Of a DNA stretch of 64,000 bases, positions 52,114 through 64,000 are shown in pieces (the stretch's first letter is position 1; each line of letters opens with the position of its first letter). The translations under genes and the position numbers were made by a program. The stretch covers positions 44,333,393 through 44,397,392 of the forward strand of contig NC_068995.1 of assembly GCF_001194135.2 (NCBI RefSeq), in the 5' to 3' direction. The notes under the pieces were generated by a model, which did not search any database, was not told where the DNA came from, and was given only the letters and a program-made list of their open reading frames with translations. The DNA comes from Octopus bimaculoides. Taxonomy: Eukaryota.

Positions 52114-53059
52114 TGAACAAACATTAAAAAATATTTCATTTTATGTTAATTACAAAAACAATAGATCTGAGTTACTAAACAACCCTACAATTGAGACTAT
52201 TCCACACAGAAAGCAGTGACCCAATATAATCACAATCCAATGAATGAAACCAATAAAAGCATAAAAGATCTTATCTACCCTCAGGTGTTCTTTAACACAG
52301 GTGTTATTTTAAATCAATTCCAACGTTAACCATAACAATAGTTAGCAAAATATCTCTATTTTTCTTCTTTACCAGTCTTCTCTGGTACAAAGAGTGGTTG
52401 ATGTCTCTTCTACTTAAGCTACCTGTCCATCAGCCCTATCTATTTATCATTAACTACAAGCTAAGTATCTCTTTAACTCATGATATCAACTTTGGTTTAT
52501 TTTAAGGCTCATGTCTGCCATTGTGTTCTGCATTTTAATCACTACTTATTGTCACACACACCCTGTCTACGCATACCATATTTCTATCCATCTTAATCAT
52601 AACTACCTACAGGCATAATCTAGATAGTCCACTGCCAAACATGCACTACCTCCATGAACAGAAACCCAGGGGACTCCCGATGCAATTACTATACAAATCT
52701 CGGAAATAATCTTTCACTACACTATCACTTCATGTAAAAATAATCATTAAAATTCCCAAAAGGAATAAAAGGAGATCAATAGGTGCAGAAAGATGCTGTA
52801 CTACTGATATATGTATGACTATGATCTACACAGAACTATAAGCGTAATATATGTCTCTGTCTTTCATATGATTAGTTACCTTCAAATATCCTCTCACAAC
52901 ATGTACAAGGTATTTATGTAAACTTTCCACAAAAGAATAATTCTGCTAATACCAAAAGAGAATGAGATTTAAGGTAGAGTCAAGAACACTTTATTTTACT
53001 TTAAAAAAAAAAAAGAAGAAAAAAAAAACCTGTCTTTTCGGATTTTTATAAAGAAATGT

Positions 53060-53275
53060 AATTGGTTTCAACTTATGGCACAAGACCAGCAATTTCAGGG
53101 GAGAGGGTAAGTCAATGACATCAACTCCAGTGCTCAACTGGTATATACTTTACTGAGCCCAATTGGATGAAAGGTAAGGTCAACCTCAGCAAAATTTGAA
53201 CTCAATATGTAAGGATGGGTGAAATGCAGCCAAGCATTTTGCCCAACATGCTCACAATTCTGCCAGCTTACCACT
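53060..53275 (-). mobile_element. SINE family D (CORE-like) copy
   Basis: Shares its core with 25915-26135. Confidence 0.65.
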
Positions 53276-55586
53276 TTAATTTAGAAGTGTAACTGAAAAG
53301 TATAAACAGAGAAACACACCAATCAACTAAGATAATTAGCAGTATGTCTCCAACTCTCTGTTTGTCCAACCCCTCCAACTGTGTCTGAATTCGCTGGAAA
53401 TATCAAGAGGTCATTCAGTTAAGTGAGCTATGATAATTTTAATTTTACCATGTTTGAAGTTCCTGGAAATGTTGACAGGTTATTGAGTTACCTAACTGAT
53501 GATATTTTCACTATTTCTGTATTTTGAAGAAACACTAACAGGTTATTTAGTTAGAAATGTACATTAGTTAACTGTTCACATATACATTACATAGAGGTGT
53601 GTGTATGTGCGCATGTATATACTATTAAATGATAATGAAGAACATATTTTATTTAATTAATTCCTTTTAATACAGTTTGCTACTAGTAATTAACTATCAA
53701 ACGGTACACACTAGCAGGTGTGTGTGTGCACATGCAAGTGTGCATATGTATAGTAATGGTTAAATACACCAATGGTTAAATAGAACAGTAAACAACAGTC
53801 AACAGACTCAGTCTAAATCAAATGCCACATCTATAGAGTGATGTTGGCATGGTTCTTCCATTAAATTAAACAGAATAACTGTGGAAAGAATCAAACACTG
53901 TAACACAAAACATCACAATGATTTAATTGTAATATTAGAAAGGTTGTTTCCAAGCCACATGGTTTTAGGTTCAGTTCTATTGTGACCTTGAGTAAGTGTC
54001 TTCTACTATAGCCATGATCTGACCAAAGACTTGCGAGTGGCTTTGGTAGATGGAAAGCCCTCTGTGTGCGTGTGTGTGTGTGTGTGCGTGCATGCACATG
54101 GATGTGTGTGCATGTATGCACATGGATGTGTGTGTGCATGCGTGCACATGGATGTGTGTGTGCACGCATGCATGCATGCATGCATGTTAGTATCACCTTG
54201 TCTAGGCATCACATGATTGTTGTAAATGAGCATCACCATCACACAAGTGGTGTCTGTTTCCAATCGTCTTTGAAAGTATGTCTGGTCATTGGGGAAATAT
54301 TACCTGACTAAGAAACAGGTAAGGGTTGGCAACAACAAGGGTATCCAACCATAAAAAGAAAACCTGTTTTAATGAATTCTGAGCAAACTTGACAAGCATG
54401 GAAAAGTGGTTACTGAAATGATGATTAGGATAATTGACTTTCTGCCATTGTACTTTTTCATATGATAATGTGCAAATAGTAATAAAGATTTATAACATCA
54501 AATCTAACCCAAGAACTATTGTGCCTAAGACATTTATTGAATATATCAACACATAGTTTCTTTTTATTGATTTCCAGGTATTTGGCCTGAGTGATTGATT
54601 TAAATGTCACCAGAACCATTCTGTGATGTCTACTGAACCATCAGTTACCATTCCTTCATACACACTCAACTATTCAACTGTCTTTACAATCTTTCTGATT
54701 TCTTTATTTTCTACACAAGTTTATATTAGATCTATTGATGTTTATATCAATTTCATTCAAATACTAAATAGCAAAAATTAAGTCATTAGACTAATCAATC
54801 TTTTTTTTTTCTTGTATTTATTTTCAGCATTTCTTGGAAACCTCCAGATTAGCAAGCCAACAAAGGAGCCTCTATGTAGTCACACAACTAGATAGAAACA
54901 GTAAACAAGTCTCCTTCAAATTACACGTTATTTAAAAAAAATGAAAGGACATATTGGATAGTAAAATCACTATGTTTGAATAAAAAGATAGTAATGACTG
55001 AATCATCTTTGATCATAAGTCTACAGGATCAGGACTAACCTGAAGTTAAATAACAACAACAGTAATTTTCAAATTAAGCCACTATCAAGATACTGCACCT
55101 ATATGTTTGATAACTCATCGATGTTAGAAAAGAGAGAAGAAGAAAGAAAAGATAGAGCCACTAACATCAAGTCAATGACAGAGTGCACTTAAATATTAAA
55201 TTGACAATACGATTCCTGCTAGAACATTTTAGCTCCATATCATCTGCTGGAGAAAGTCTTTTGAAAATCAACTGCATTGATTATTTCACACCTACCAAAT
55301 ACAATTGTTTGTACTCAATACTTATGAAAAGTATCAGAGTAGATTATTCGAGTTACAAGTCCAATAGGCTTTCAACTGACACTCTGCATCAAAGAATTGG
55401 TTAAAAGAAAGGAAGTTATTATTATTTGTTGATGACTTTACAAACTCATTATTCTTCAAACCCAACTGGGAGAAAATACTTTAAGGTGTTCATTTCAGGC
55501 AACAGATTAAAGTTGGTTTCTGTTTAAAAAAATGAGAATTTCTTAAAAAAAAAAAAAAACTGTAAACTCTAAAATGTTTTTATACT

Positions 55587-55657
<71 letters not shown>

Positions 55658-56419
55658 AATGTGTGTGTATACATTCATTCTTAATCTGAGGACTGATCTA
55701 CTCAAAGCCATGATAATCACAGGGTTGCTGTGTGTGTAGGCATGCGTATAAATATATACATACACATATACATAATTATATATATATATGTATATACACA
55801 CACACACACACATACCTATGTATACATATATACATGTACATACTGAGTAACCTCCGCCACACCAACTAATATGGCTCCAAAAAGCATGGCTCTTGAATTA
55901 AAACAGTTTATAAATTAACACCAACACCCCCTCATGCACACACAAAAAGTATATAAATATATGCACACTAAACAGACCACAACTTAACCAAGATCACATG
56001 TCTAAAACAACAAATCAGAGCAATCCATTTGCCAGCAGCTGTTGTATGATGGTTAGCTGCCATATGAATTGTAACCTCCCCCCACCACCATCTTGTTTGT
56101 TTTATATAAAGTGAGGGGGCCTAACCTTGATTAAAAAGAGTAATATAAACCAAAATAGAATATGTAATCCAACCTCAATAACTATGGATAAAATATAGAC
56201 TGACAAGAAAAGTTCTGGTGTTAAGAAAAAAATAAGAAGAAAGTTTTAATTACAGATGATAAATAAGTTATAAAAAGATATGAACGTGGTGACAGTAACA
56301 CAGAAATAGGCCTGGCTTGGAAATGGATGAAGCAACAGTGCAAACAATTATAAAGAAACATAAATGACTTCTTGGTAATAGATAAAGCTACATTAAGTTT
56401 GGGTAAGTAGACAGAGGGC

Positions 56420-57000
56420 CATTACTAAAATGGAGTATCTTTTTACCTTTGTGTATGGAAGTCTGCAACAAAAAAATTTCATTTCTCTAATGAGTATGAC
56501 AAAGCTTTGAGTAGCTTTACTGCAATTAAAGGCAATTGAACAGGAAAAAAATGAGATCGCTGATAGGACTACAGAAACTTTTACTGTTAGTTCTGGTTGG
56601 TTTGACAGATTCAAAACTCAAAAAAACATTCATTAGGATTGTTTAAATGGTGAGGCTAAAAGTGGAGATCAAAATCTTCCTGGATAGTAAACCAATATTT
56701 TGAAAAAGAAAAAAAAAAATCTAAAAAAAGGAGGAGAAGCAACCAATTGAGAAGTTGATGAAAACTTACAACAATTGAGGGAATTTGACCAGAAAAGAAT
56801 TCAATTCAATGTTTTGAGAATTTGAAAAGTTCAAGCAATTGATAATATCAACCCTGATATTGAGTAAAACATACAAGTTTAATGAAATATGAAGAAAGAA
56901 CTTTGCTGTGACCAGCAGATGTATACAGAGTAAAAGCAATAAAATGATACAAATTGCTATGGTTCATTATCTTTCCAAAGAAATAAATTTGTGAAATTAT
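56420..57000 (+). mobile_element. Tigger/pogo-like transposase remnant (CENP-B-type HTH)
   Basis: ETFTVSSGWFDRFKTQKNIH*DCLNGEAKSGD matches the F.AS.GWF.RFK...GEA.SAD pattern; stops and frameshifts present. Confidence 0.6.
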
Positions 57001-57174
57001 ATTATTTTCCTCTCATGTTTAAGTACCACATAAACATGTCCTTCTGAATAAACTGTTAACTACAAAATAAGAAACAAAAAAATATTTGGCTAGCATTTTG
57101 AAAGTTCTTGAACTCATAACAACATTTCTTATATGTTTCATGTTAATAAGAATTTTATTGTACATGTAAAATAT

Positions 57175-57500
57175 ATGGTAAGAAGTTTGCTTCACAACCA
57201 CATGGTTCCAGGTTGGCACACTGGACAAGTATCCAAGTGTCTTCTATTATAGCCTCAAGCTGACCAAAGCCTTGTGAGTGGATTTGGCAGACGGAAACTG
57301 AAAGAAGCCAGTTGTGTGTGTGTGTGTGTCACCTCCACTGCTGCTTGATAACTGGTGTTGGTGTATTTACATTCCCGTAACTTAATGGCTCGGCAAAAAA
57401 GATCAACAGAATAAATGTCAAGCTTAAAAAAATAAGTACTAGGGTTGATTCTTTAACTAAAATTCTTCAAGGCAGTGCCTCAGAATGGCTGCAGTCTATA
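57175..57500 (+). mobile_element. SINE family A copy
   Basis: Pattern match to the other copies. Confidence 0.75.
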
Positions 57501-57514
57501 TATATATATATATA

Positions 57515-57878
57515 ATCATCATCATCATCATTTAACATCTGTTTTCCACGCTGGCATGGGTTGAATGGTTTGACAGGAGGTGGTGTGCCAGAGGACTGTA
57601 CCAAGCTCTACTGTCTGATTTGGCAGGGTTTCTATGACTGGATGCCCTTCCCAACACCAACCACTTTACAGGCGGTACTGAATGCTTTTTGCATGGTACT
57701 AGCACTAGCGAGTCACTAAGAACCTTGCAATAGAAGACCCCTCAACTGAAGGAGGAATAAGTGTTGAGGGAAGTGGTTTTATGCTAGATGATGAGAGGTT
57801 AGAGTAGTAGAAGGATAGAAACAGGTGTCTCGCTGTAAAGGACATACATGGCTACCCCAGTTGGAAAAGAGAAACAAA

Positions 57879-57880
<2 letters not shown>
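57515..57880 (-). mobile_element. RTE-type 3' region
   Basis: (CAT)n tail followed by the reverse complement of the 15100-15586 sequence. Confidence 0.7.
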
Positions 57881-57970
<90 letters not shown>

Positions 57971-58734
57971 CGGTGGTGGAGATCTGTTACAGAGAGGTGT
58001 ATACAAGTGAAGTGGTAGAGAGGATTAGATAGGGTGAATGGTCCAACCCATGCCAGTGGGGAACATAGATGTTAAATGATTATATAACTAGGAAGTTATT
58101 ACTATATGATGACAGTTATGTAGTAATTATTTTAATCAGCTGCAACTCATTAGGCTATTAATTTTATCTTTTTGTATTATTTACATTACCATTAGTGTAC
58201 TTTCCTATTATACTTTCCCCAATTCCTTTTGATTTTTGAGTTCAAACTTAGTTCAAGGCAATTTGTAAATGTAAATTACAGCACAATTGTAAAATATGCT
58301 AACAGAAATGTAGTGTTGATAAAACTTCAACTCACGAGGTTTATAATCCAACTAGTAATTATTTAAAAAGATAATTAATTCAAATATAATACACAACTTT
58401 ATTTTCATAGTTAATGTTTTTTTTAACAAATTAGTCAGGAGAGATAAGACAACATCCACGACCTTTGCCAACCCTCCCAGGGATGGTGAGAAGATTGATG
58501 CAGCCTTTACCAGGTAAAACAATGCAAATGAACACACCTAGCCACTCTACAAAATAGAGACTGTGAGGTAAAAGTTTAACCTTAACGTGTTGTATCAGAT
58601 ATGAAAATGAATCAAGTTAAATAAAGACATGCTAGAGTAATATGCTAATGAAAGCTGTTGCTTGTAATTGGCATCTCATGTCCAAATATTAGAATTGATG
58701 ATGGATTAATAAATTGATATTTATAGATATAAGA

Positions 58735-59095
58735 GGAGGTGAGAGTGGTGCCTGACTGGCTCCTGTGCCGGTGGCACGTAAAAAACACCATTTTAGTGTG
58801 GTCGTTGCCTGTGCTACCTGACTGGCTACTGTGCCAGTGACACATAAAAAGTGCCATTTGAGCATGGTCAATGATTGTACCGCCTGACTGGCCCTCGTGC
58901 TGGTGGCATGTAAAAAGCACCCACTACACTCTTGGAGTGGTTGGCGTTAGGAAGGGCAACGAGCTGTAGGAACTTTGCCAGATCAGATTGGAGCCTGGTG
59001 CAGCCTTCTGGTTTGCCAGCCCTCAGTCAAACCATCAAACCCATGCCAGCATGGAAAGCAGATGTTAAACAACAATGATGATGATGATGATGAAC
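58735..59095 (+). mobile_element. RTE-type 3' UTR with three internal about 55-bp tandem units and (TGA)n tail
   Basis: gcctgactggct..tgtgcc.gtg.cac.taaaaa repeated three times, then the common tail. Confidence 0.75.
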
Positions 59096-60129
59096 ATCAT
59101 CTGTGGTCAGAAACAAAGATATTCTAATAATCTTGCAATTATTTTAAAGTTTCCATTATAAGGAAATAATTACATTGTGAATACATCATAAATATATATC
59201 AATTATTTTTAATTCATAACAAAATTGTATAATTTATTGTATATTAAACAATCATTTATATCTATTTGTTATCTTATGTTGAAAATTATAAAAAAAAACA
59301 GTCATTAAAATTATTCATGTTGAACCATGATTCCTTTGGATGTTGACAATGCACTGGTAGTTAATTGGTGTATAATGTCTTTAACAGGCTTGTGAATGAG
59401 TTGACCTTCACACCACCACTAATTTTAGAAGGAGCACATCATCAACATTTGTGCACATACACAGTACTAAATGCATTATTTTAATTTAATAACTCAAATA
59501 TTCCAGGACAATAACAACCAATACAACCCAGTTTCATTCTCATTATCATCCACTTTTCCGTGTTTGCATGGGTCAAACAGGATTTATTGATGCAAACTTT
59601 CTCTGGCTGGACTCTTGCAGCCAACCCTCACCAGTTTCTAAGCAAGTTATTATTCTACCATGGAAAACAGGAAACAAACAACATAGCTTGTATGATGGTG
59701 ATGGATGCTCATTTACTGAACCTAGTCGTATGGTTGGGAAGCGACCTTGTTAACCACACCAAATTAAGAGCCCTTCACAATTAAAGACCTTTACTTTCAT
59801 TCTAACTGGTTATATTTCCTTGGTTGGTGAGCTACCTCCTTTATCATGGCTAACTTTCTATCATCATTTCTAAACTGCCATAACTACTCACAAGCTTCAA
59901 AACCTCAGACACCCATACATTTATCTAGCTTGATAACAATACTTTCAATTTCTACACCATGTATGTTGTCACCACTGCTTCTTCATGGTTTGTATCTTTT
60001 GACATTCTAATGCTTTGTTGCACCAACTGATAAGGATTCAGTAGGATTTCTATCAACATATATTTCAAAACAAATGTAGCAAGTTTGTCCTTAGTCTTGC
60101 ACAACAGCAACAACTAATCACATCTTCTC

Positions 60130-60670
60130 AATATATTTGCACAGCATCAGGGTATGGAGGTTCCAAACTGCCTCAGACAGGCCCCTGTATGCTTTGGAAG
60201 GCTCGGAAAGAGAATCTTTCTAAACAATCATCTCAAACTCCATATCAAGGTTCTTGTCTACTGGGTAACTTGTATTCCCCCTTTCCGGCATAGATGCAAC
60301 ATATGGACCACAGGCAGCCAACACATTAAGAGGTCTTTTAACATCCTGTGTCTGCAGAAGATCTTTTCGATTATTTACTGAACAAGATAGGATTATACAC
60401 ACCAAAATCCTCCATCAAAACCAACACAAGCAGCATTGAATCCACACATTACAGCCATCATATCAGCTGTAGTGTGCCTGTAGTATCCTCCTCTGCAACA
60501 AACTACACCACCGACACTGACAGCCGAAAAAGCTGTTTAAAGAAGATCACTTTGAAGAGAACATCAACCCTTTAAAGGTGAAAGACACTGGTGGTCTCGC
60601 TTTTGAGAGAGGATTGAAAATGTGAAGAAAATGACCTAGCACAATCAGAAAAAGAATAAAAAAAAAAGAA
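60130..60670 (+). mobile_element. BovB-like RTE LINE C-terminal remnant
   Basis: RLRQA..CFGRLGKRIF.NNHLKLHIKVLVY...WT...CLQKIF..I pattern, frameshifted. Confidence 0.55.
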
Positions 60671-62578
60671 AGAGGCAAGCACACAGTGTAATACCTAGCT
60701 TCTCTAACAAAACATTTATGTATCCCGTCAGCAACCGAAACTGTACATCAAAGATTGGGATGTACAACCATCAAAAGATCCGCAGATGAAGAAGATGGTC
60801 ATTTGGTCATCAGATTTGATTGAAAACCACAAACAAGGAGGTCTGTATTAATTTAACATCTCTTTAAAAAATATATATACTAACATGGTAATTGCCAAAC
60901 ATATATCATTAATATTTTCTCGCAAAAATAAAATGCATTAAATTTGGTCTAATGATTTAAACAAGTGTTTTTACACGGAAAGACAGCGTATTGTGTGTAG
61001 AGAGAAGTGGAAGAGGAAGAAGAAATAAAGCTAGGAAGAATGAGAACAATTTAAATTGCTTTGTGGAGCGGGGAGAGGTGGGAGAGAGAAAGTAGGTCAA
61101 AATAGGTGGATTTTTTTTCATATATATACTTAAAAGGGAAGAGAGCAAAGGAGATAATAATTTATCAAAAAATCTTTTTCTAAGATACTGGAAACCAGAG
61201 GGGAAATGTAAGATATGGAACAATGATAATGTTGATAAAGTATATGACAGAAGATGGTGGTGAGAGGAAGACACACAAAAAAAAAAAAAAAATGAAAAAA
61301 ACCCTCCAAGATGTCCAACAAAAGGAAGGAAGCATTTGTACTTATTTCATATTAGCCAAATAAAAATCTACATAAATTTCTGGCACTAACAAGATCAGTG
61401 ATAGATGATCTACTTCTAGTAGTGCCTGCCTACAATACAGTAGAGTAATAGTTGTAGTAGTAGCAGCAGCAGCAGAAGAAGTAGTAGTAGTAGTAAGAGC
61501 AATAACCATGGTAGCTGTGTCTTACTACTATTATAGCAAAGGTGGCAGCAGCAGCAGCAGTAGTAACAACAAATGTGTTCAGTGATTATCTATGCCTTTT
61601 CCAGCAACAAGCTGCCAGTTGTAGGAGCTAGCTTTAGTAAACCTTATACTATGATTTGCATCTGATCATCCCTGCAGAAGAAACAACAATAATGAAGAGA
61701 ATGGGTGAGGGGTGAGGAAGCTACCTAGCATGTAACATGTAATTAATAGAAATTTTAATAAGCATTAAAAATATATATATTAGATTGGATGTCAAAATAA
61801 ATAAATAATAATTAAACAAAATATAAATATGCAGTCCTTAGAATAGTGCTGCAGATAAATTTTGGAATCTATGTTTTTCCAATAATAATAATAATAATAA
61901 TAATAGCTATAAGTTCGAAAATGATAATAATATTGTTATGCTGTATTATTTATTGATAAATGCTGTTGAAGAAAGCAATAACAACCGAAAGGACACAGAA
62001 AGGAGAAAGGCCTTGAACTGAAGGAGAAATAATTTCACATTTTATGAGTGCAAGCATTGAGGACAACTCAAAGCTAACGAGAAAGAGAATCAATAACAAA
62101 TGAAATTTAAACAAACTTCTAAATGAATTAAATTTATTTTTTATAACTGAAAAAAAAAAAATACTGGAAACTATCATTTAGAGATAAGGAACACACAGGC
62201 ACACTCACACACAAACACACATATATATATATATGTATATATATTATATGTTCCGTGTTGACTGTTGGAGAAAAAAAAAGAGTACTCAATACCAGAATAG
62301 AGAAATTATTATTTGTTTTCGTTTGTTTTTGGTTTTTTTTAGGCAGGGTGGTGAGTTAATCTCTTGCTACTTTGAGTTTCTACTGTGGGTACACAGTTTC
62401 TTCAAGCAAGTTATGACTTGCAAATAAGTTGCCTGAAGTCCCTGTGCAAGCACAGCCAAAATAAAATGTTATATATATNNNNNNNNNNNNNNNNNNNNNN
62501 NNNNNNNNNNNNNNNNNNNNNNNNNNNNNNNNNNNNNNNNNNNNNNNNNNNNNNNNNNNNNNNNNNNNNNNNNNNNNN

Positions 62579-62750
62579 GTCTGTTCCCCACTACTGCTTG
62601 ACAACTACTGTTGGTGTGTTTACATCTCCATAACATAGCAGTTCAGCAAAAGAGACTGACAGACTAAGTAACAGGTTTAAAAAAAGATAAGTATTAGATT
62701 CAATTCATTTGATTAAAAGTTCTTGAAGGTGGTGCTCCAGCATGGCCAAG
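62579..62750 (+). mobile_element. 3' half of SINE family A after a gap
   Basis: cactactgcttgacaac...ggtggtgctccagcatggcc. Confidence 0.7.
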
Positions 62751-63237
62751 GAAGCAATGGCAATTTTCATCCCTACATATCTTTAATGTATCCATTTTTG
62801 CTTGTATTTGTCTGTATCTGCACATGTATACCTACATTTATGTGCATGGTTGTCCAAAGTTCTCAAAGTGCATGCACCATCACATACTTGGCATGTATTT
62901 AAGTGTACACTCATGTGTGTATATATGAACATGTACTCCACATGTGAATGCTTCAGCAGGTAACTATATCCATGCAAAATAATCACCCACTTGCACACAC
63001 ATATTATGGGGGTGGGGGGGTAGTTGACAGGGAAGTGATTTATAATTTCATGGTTCTCAGAAAAACATCTGAGAGGATTATGACTCAGGAAAAAATATCT
63101 CTATAGATGGAAAAGTAGATTTGATATTTATATTGATATAAAAAGTTTCAATACTTCCATATTTTTTCAAAGGGATAATGACTTTGAAAAAAAAAATACA
63201 CATCTTCAAAATATGTATTATTGCAAGGATTATATAC

Positions 63238-63272
<35 letters not shown>

Positions 63273-63529
63273 CAAAGAAAAAAAAATTCACTGAGCTATG
63301 GAGAGTATTTGTCAACAAATTGCCCAGTGGTTATGCATTTTCAAAGATGAGTGGAATGAAAAGTGTCTTTCCCTTCCTTGAAAAACAAGCAAGGGTTAGG
63401 AAGTCGAAAGGACATCCAGTTTGTAAAACAATGCTTGAACAATATGTATTTGTTTAACTCACGCTAGCATGAAAATAAATTTTAAAACAGATATAAAATG
63501 AATAAGCAAAAAATAGTGTGCACATATGT

Positions 63530-63581
<52 letters not shown>

Positions 63582-63705
63582 GTGTACACTCACTATTGAT
63601 AAAAATACATGTGTATCTGCCTTATGCTTTTACTGGTAATTGTATCTATACATGTATATTCATATGCATACACGTTTATATATACATACATACGTACATA
63701 CAAAC

Positions 63706-63747
<42 letters not shown>

Positions 63748-64000
63748 ACACACACACACACACTTATCTATGTACACACATATACATATATGCAGGTACA
63801 TGCAAGCATTTGTATCTGTGTATGTCTATTTCGGTCTATGTACACATGCCTCCCTCTGCCTGTGTATGCATATCTATGTTCCTTTGTACATAAGGACTTT
63901 CACATGTATGGACTTGTATATCTGTACAAGTCTATATTCATTTACATGGTTGGCCATGGGTATTACAGCTGTGCACATCTTTGCATGTATGTATATCTCA

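Noticed and set aside
52880-52945. Possible 63/66-nt minus-strand exon with NAGNAG acceptor (QNYSFVESLHKYLVHVVRGYLK)
   Set aside because: Moderate splice sites, no Pur homology, and its open frame does not join the downstream exons; chance is likely.

Overview
AT-rich, microsatellite- and repeat-dense animal genomic DNA with several N gaps. The SINE/RTE families look like those of an octopod cephalopod (inferred from recalled repeat families, not database-checked). Two spliced genes face each other. (1) UAP1 (UDP-N-acetylhexosamine pyrophosphorylase, mummy-like) on +: four internal coding exons at 7116-7308, 9657-9832, 10490-10662 and 14489-14682, with canonical splice sites and consistent phases. 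Its first coding exon and its whole C-terminal third were not found in called bases. (2) A Pur-alpha family gene on -: six clear exons (42033-42139, 34218-34320, 25664-25782, 25428-25548, 24837-24940, 23534-23647) plus a strong 53-nt upstream exon candidate (44776-44828) whose ATG would give a 232-aa protein. The rest is SINEs, RTE/CR1/Penelope retroelement remnants, mariner/Tigger/hAT remnants, TTAA-flanked MITEs, mini- and microsatellites. The best leads are all inferences needing RNA data: Pur may be nested antisense in a UAP1 intron; its reading frame continues past the stop, interrupted only by TAG codons (candidate A-to-I stop recoding or readthrough); two genomic residues would revert to the conserved residue by a single A-to-G change; the Pur exon structure is a triplicated two-exon module; the 53-nt exon could be a start, uORF or poison exon; and several near-perfect intronic hairpins are present. 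No prokaryotic features, CRISPR array, rRNA or true tRNA gene were supported.
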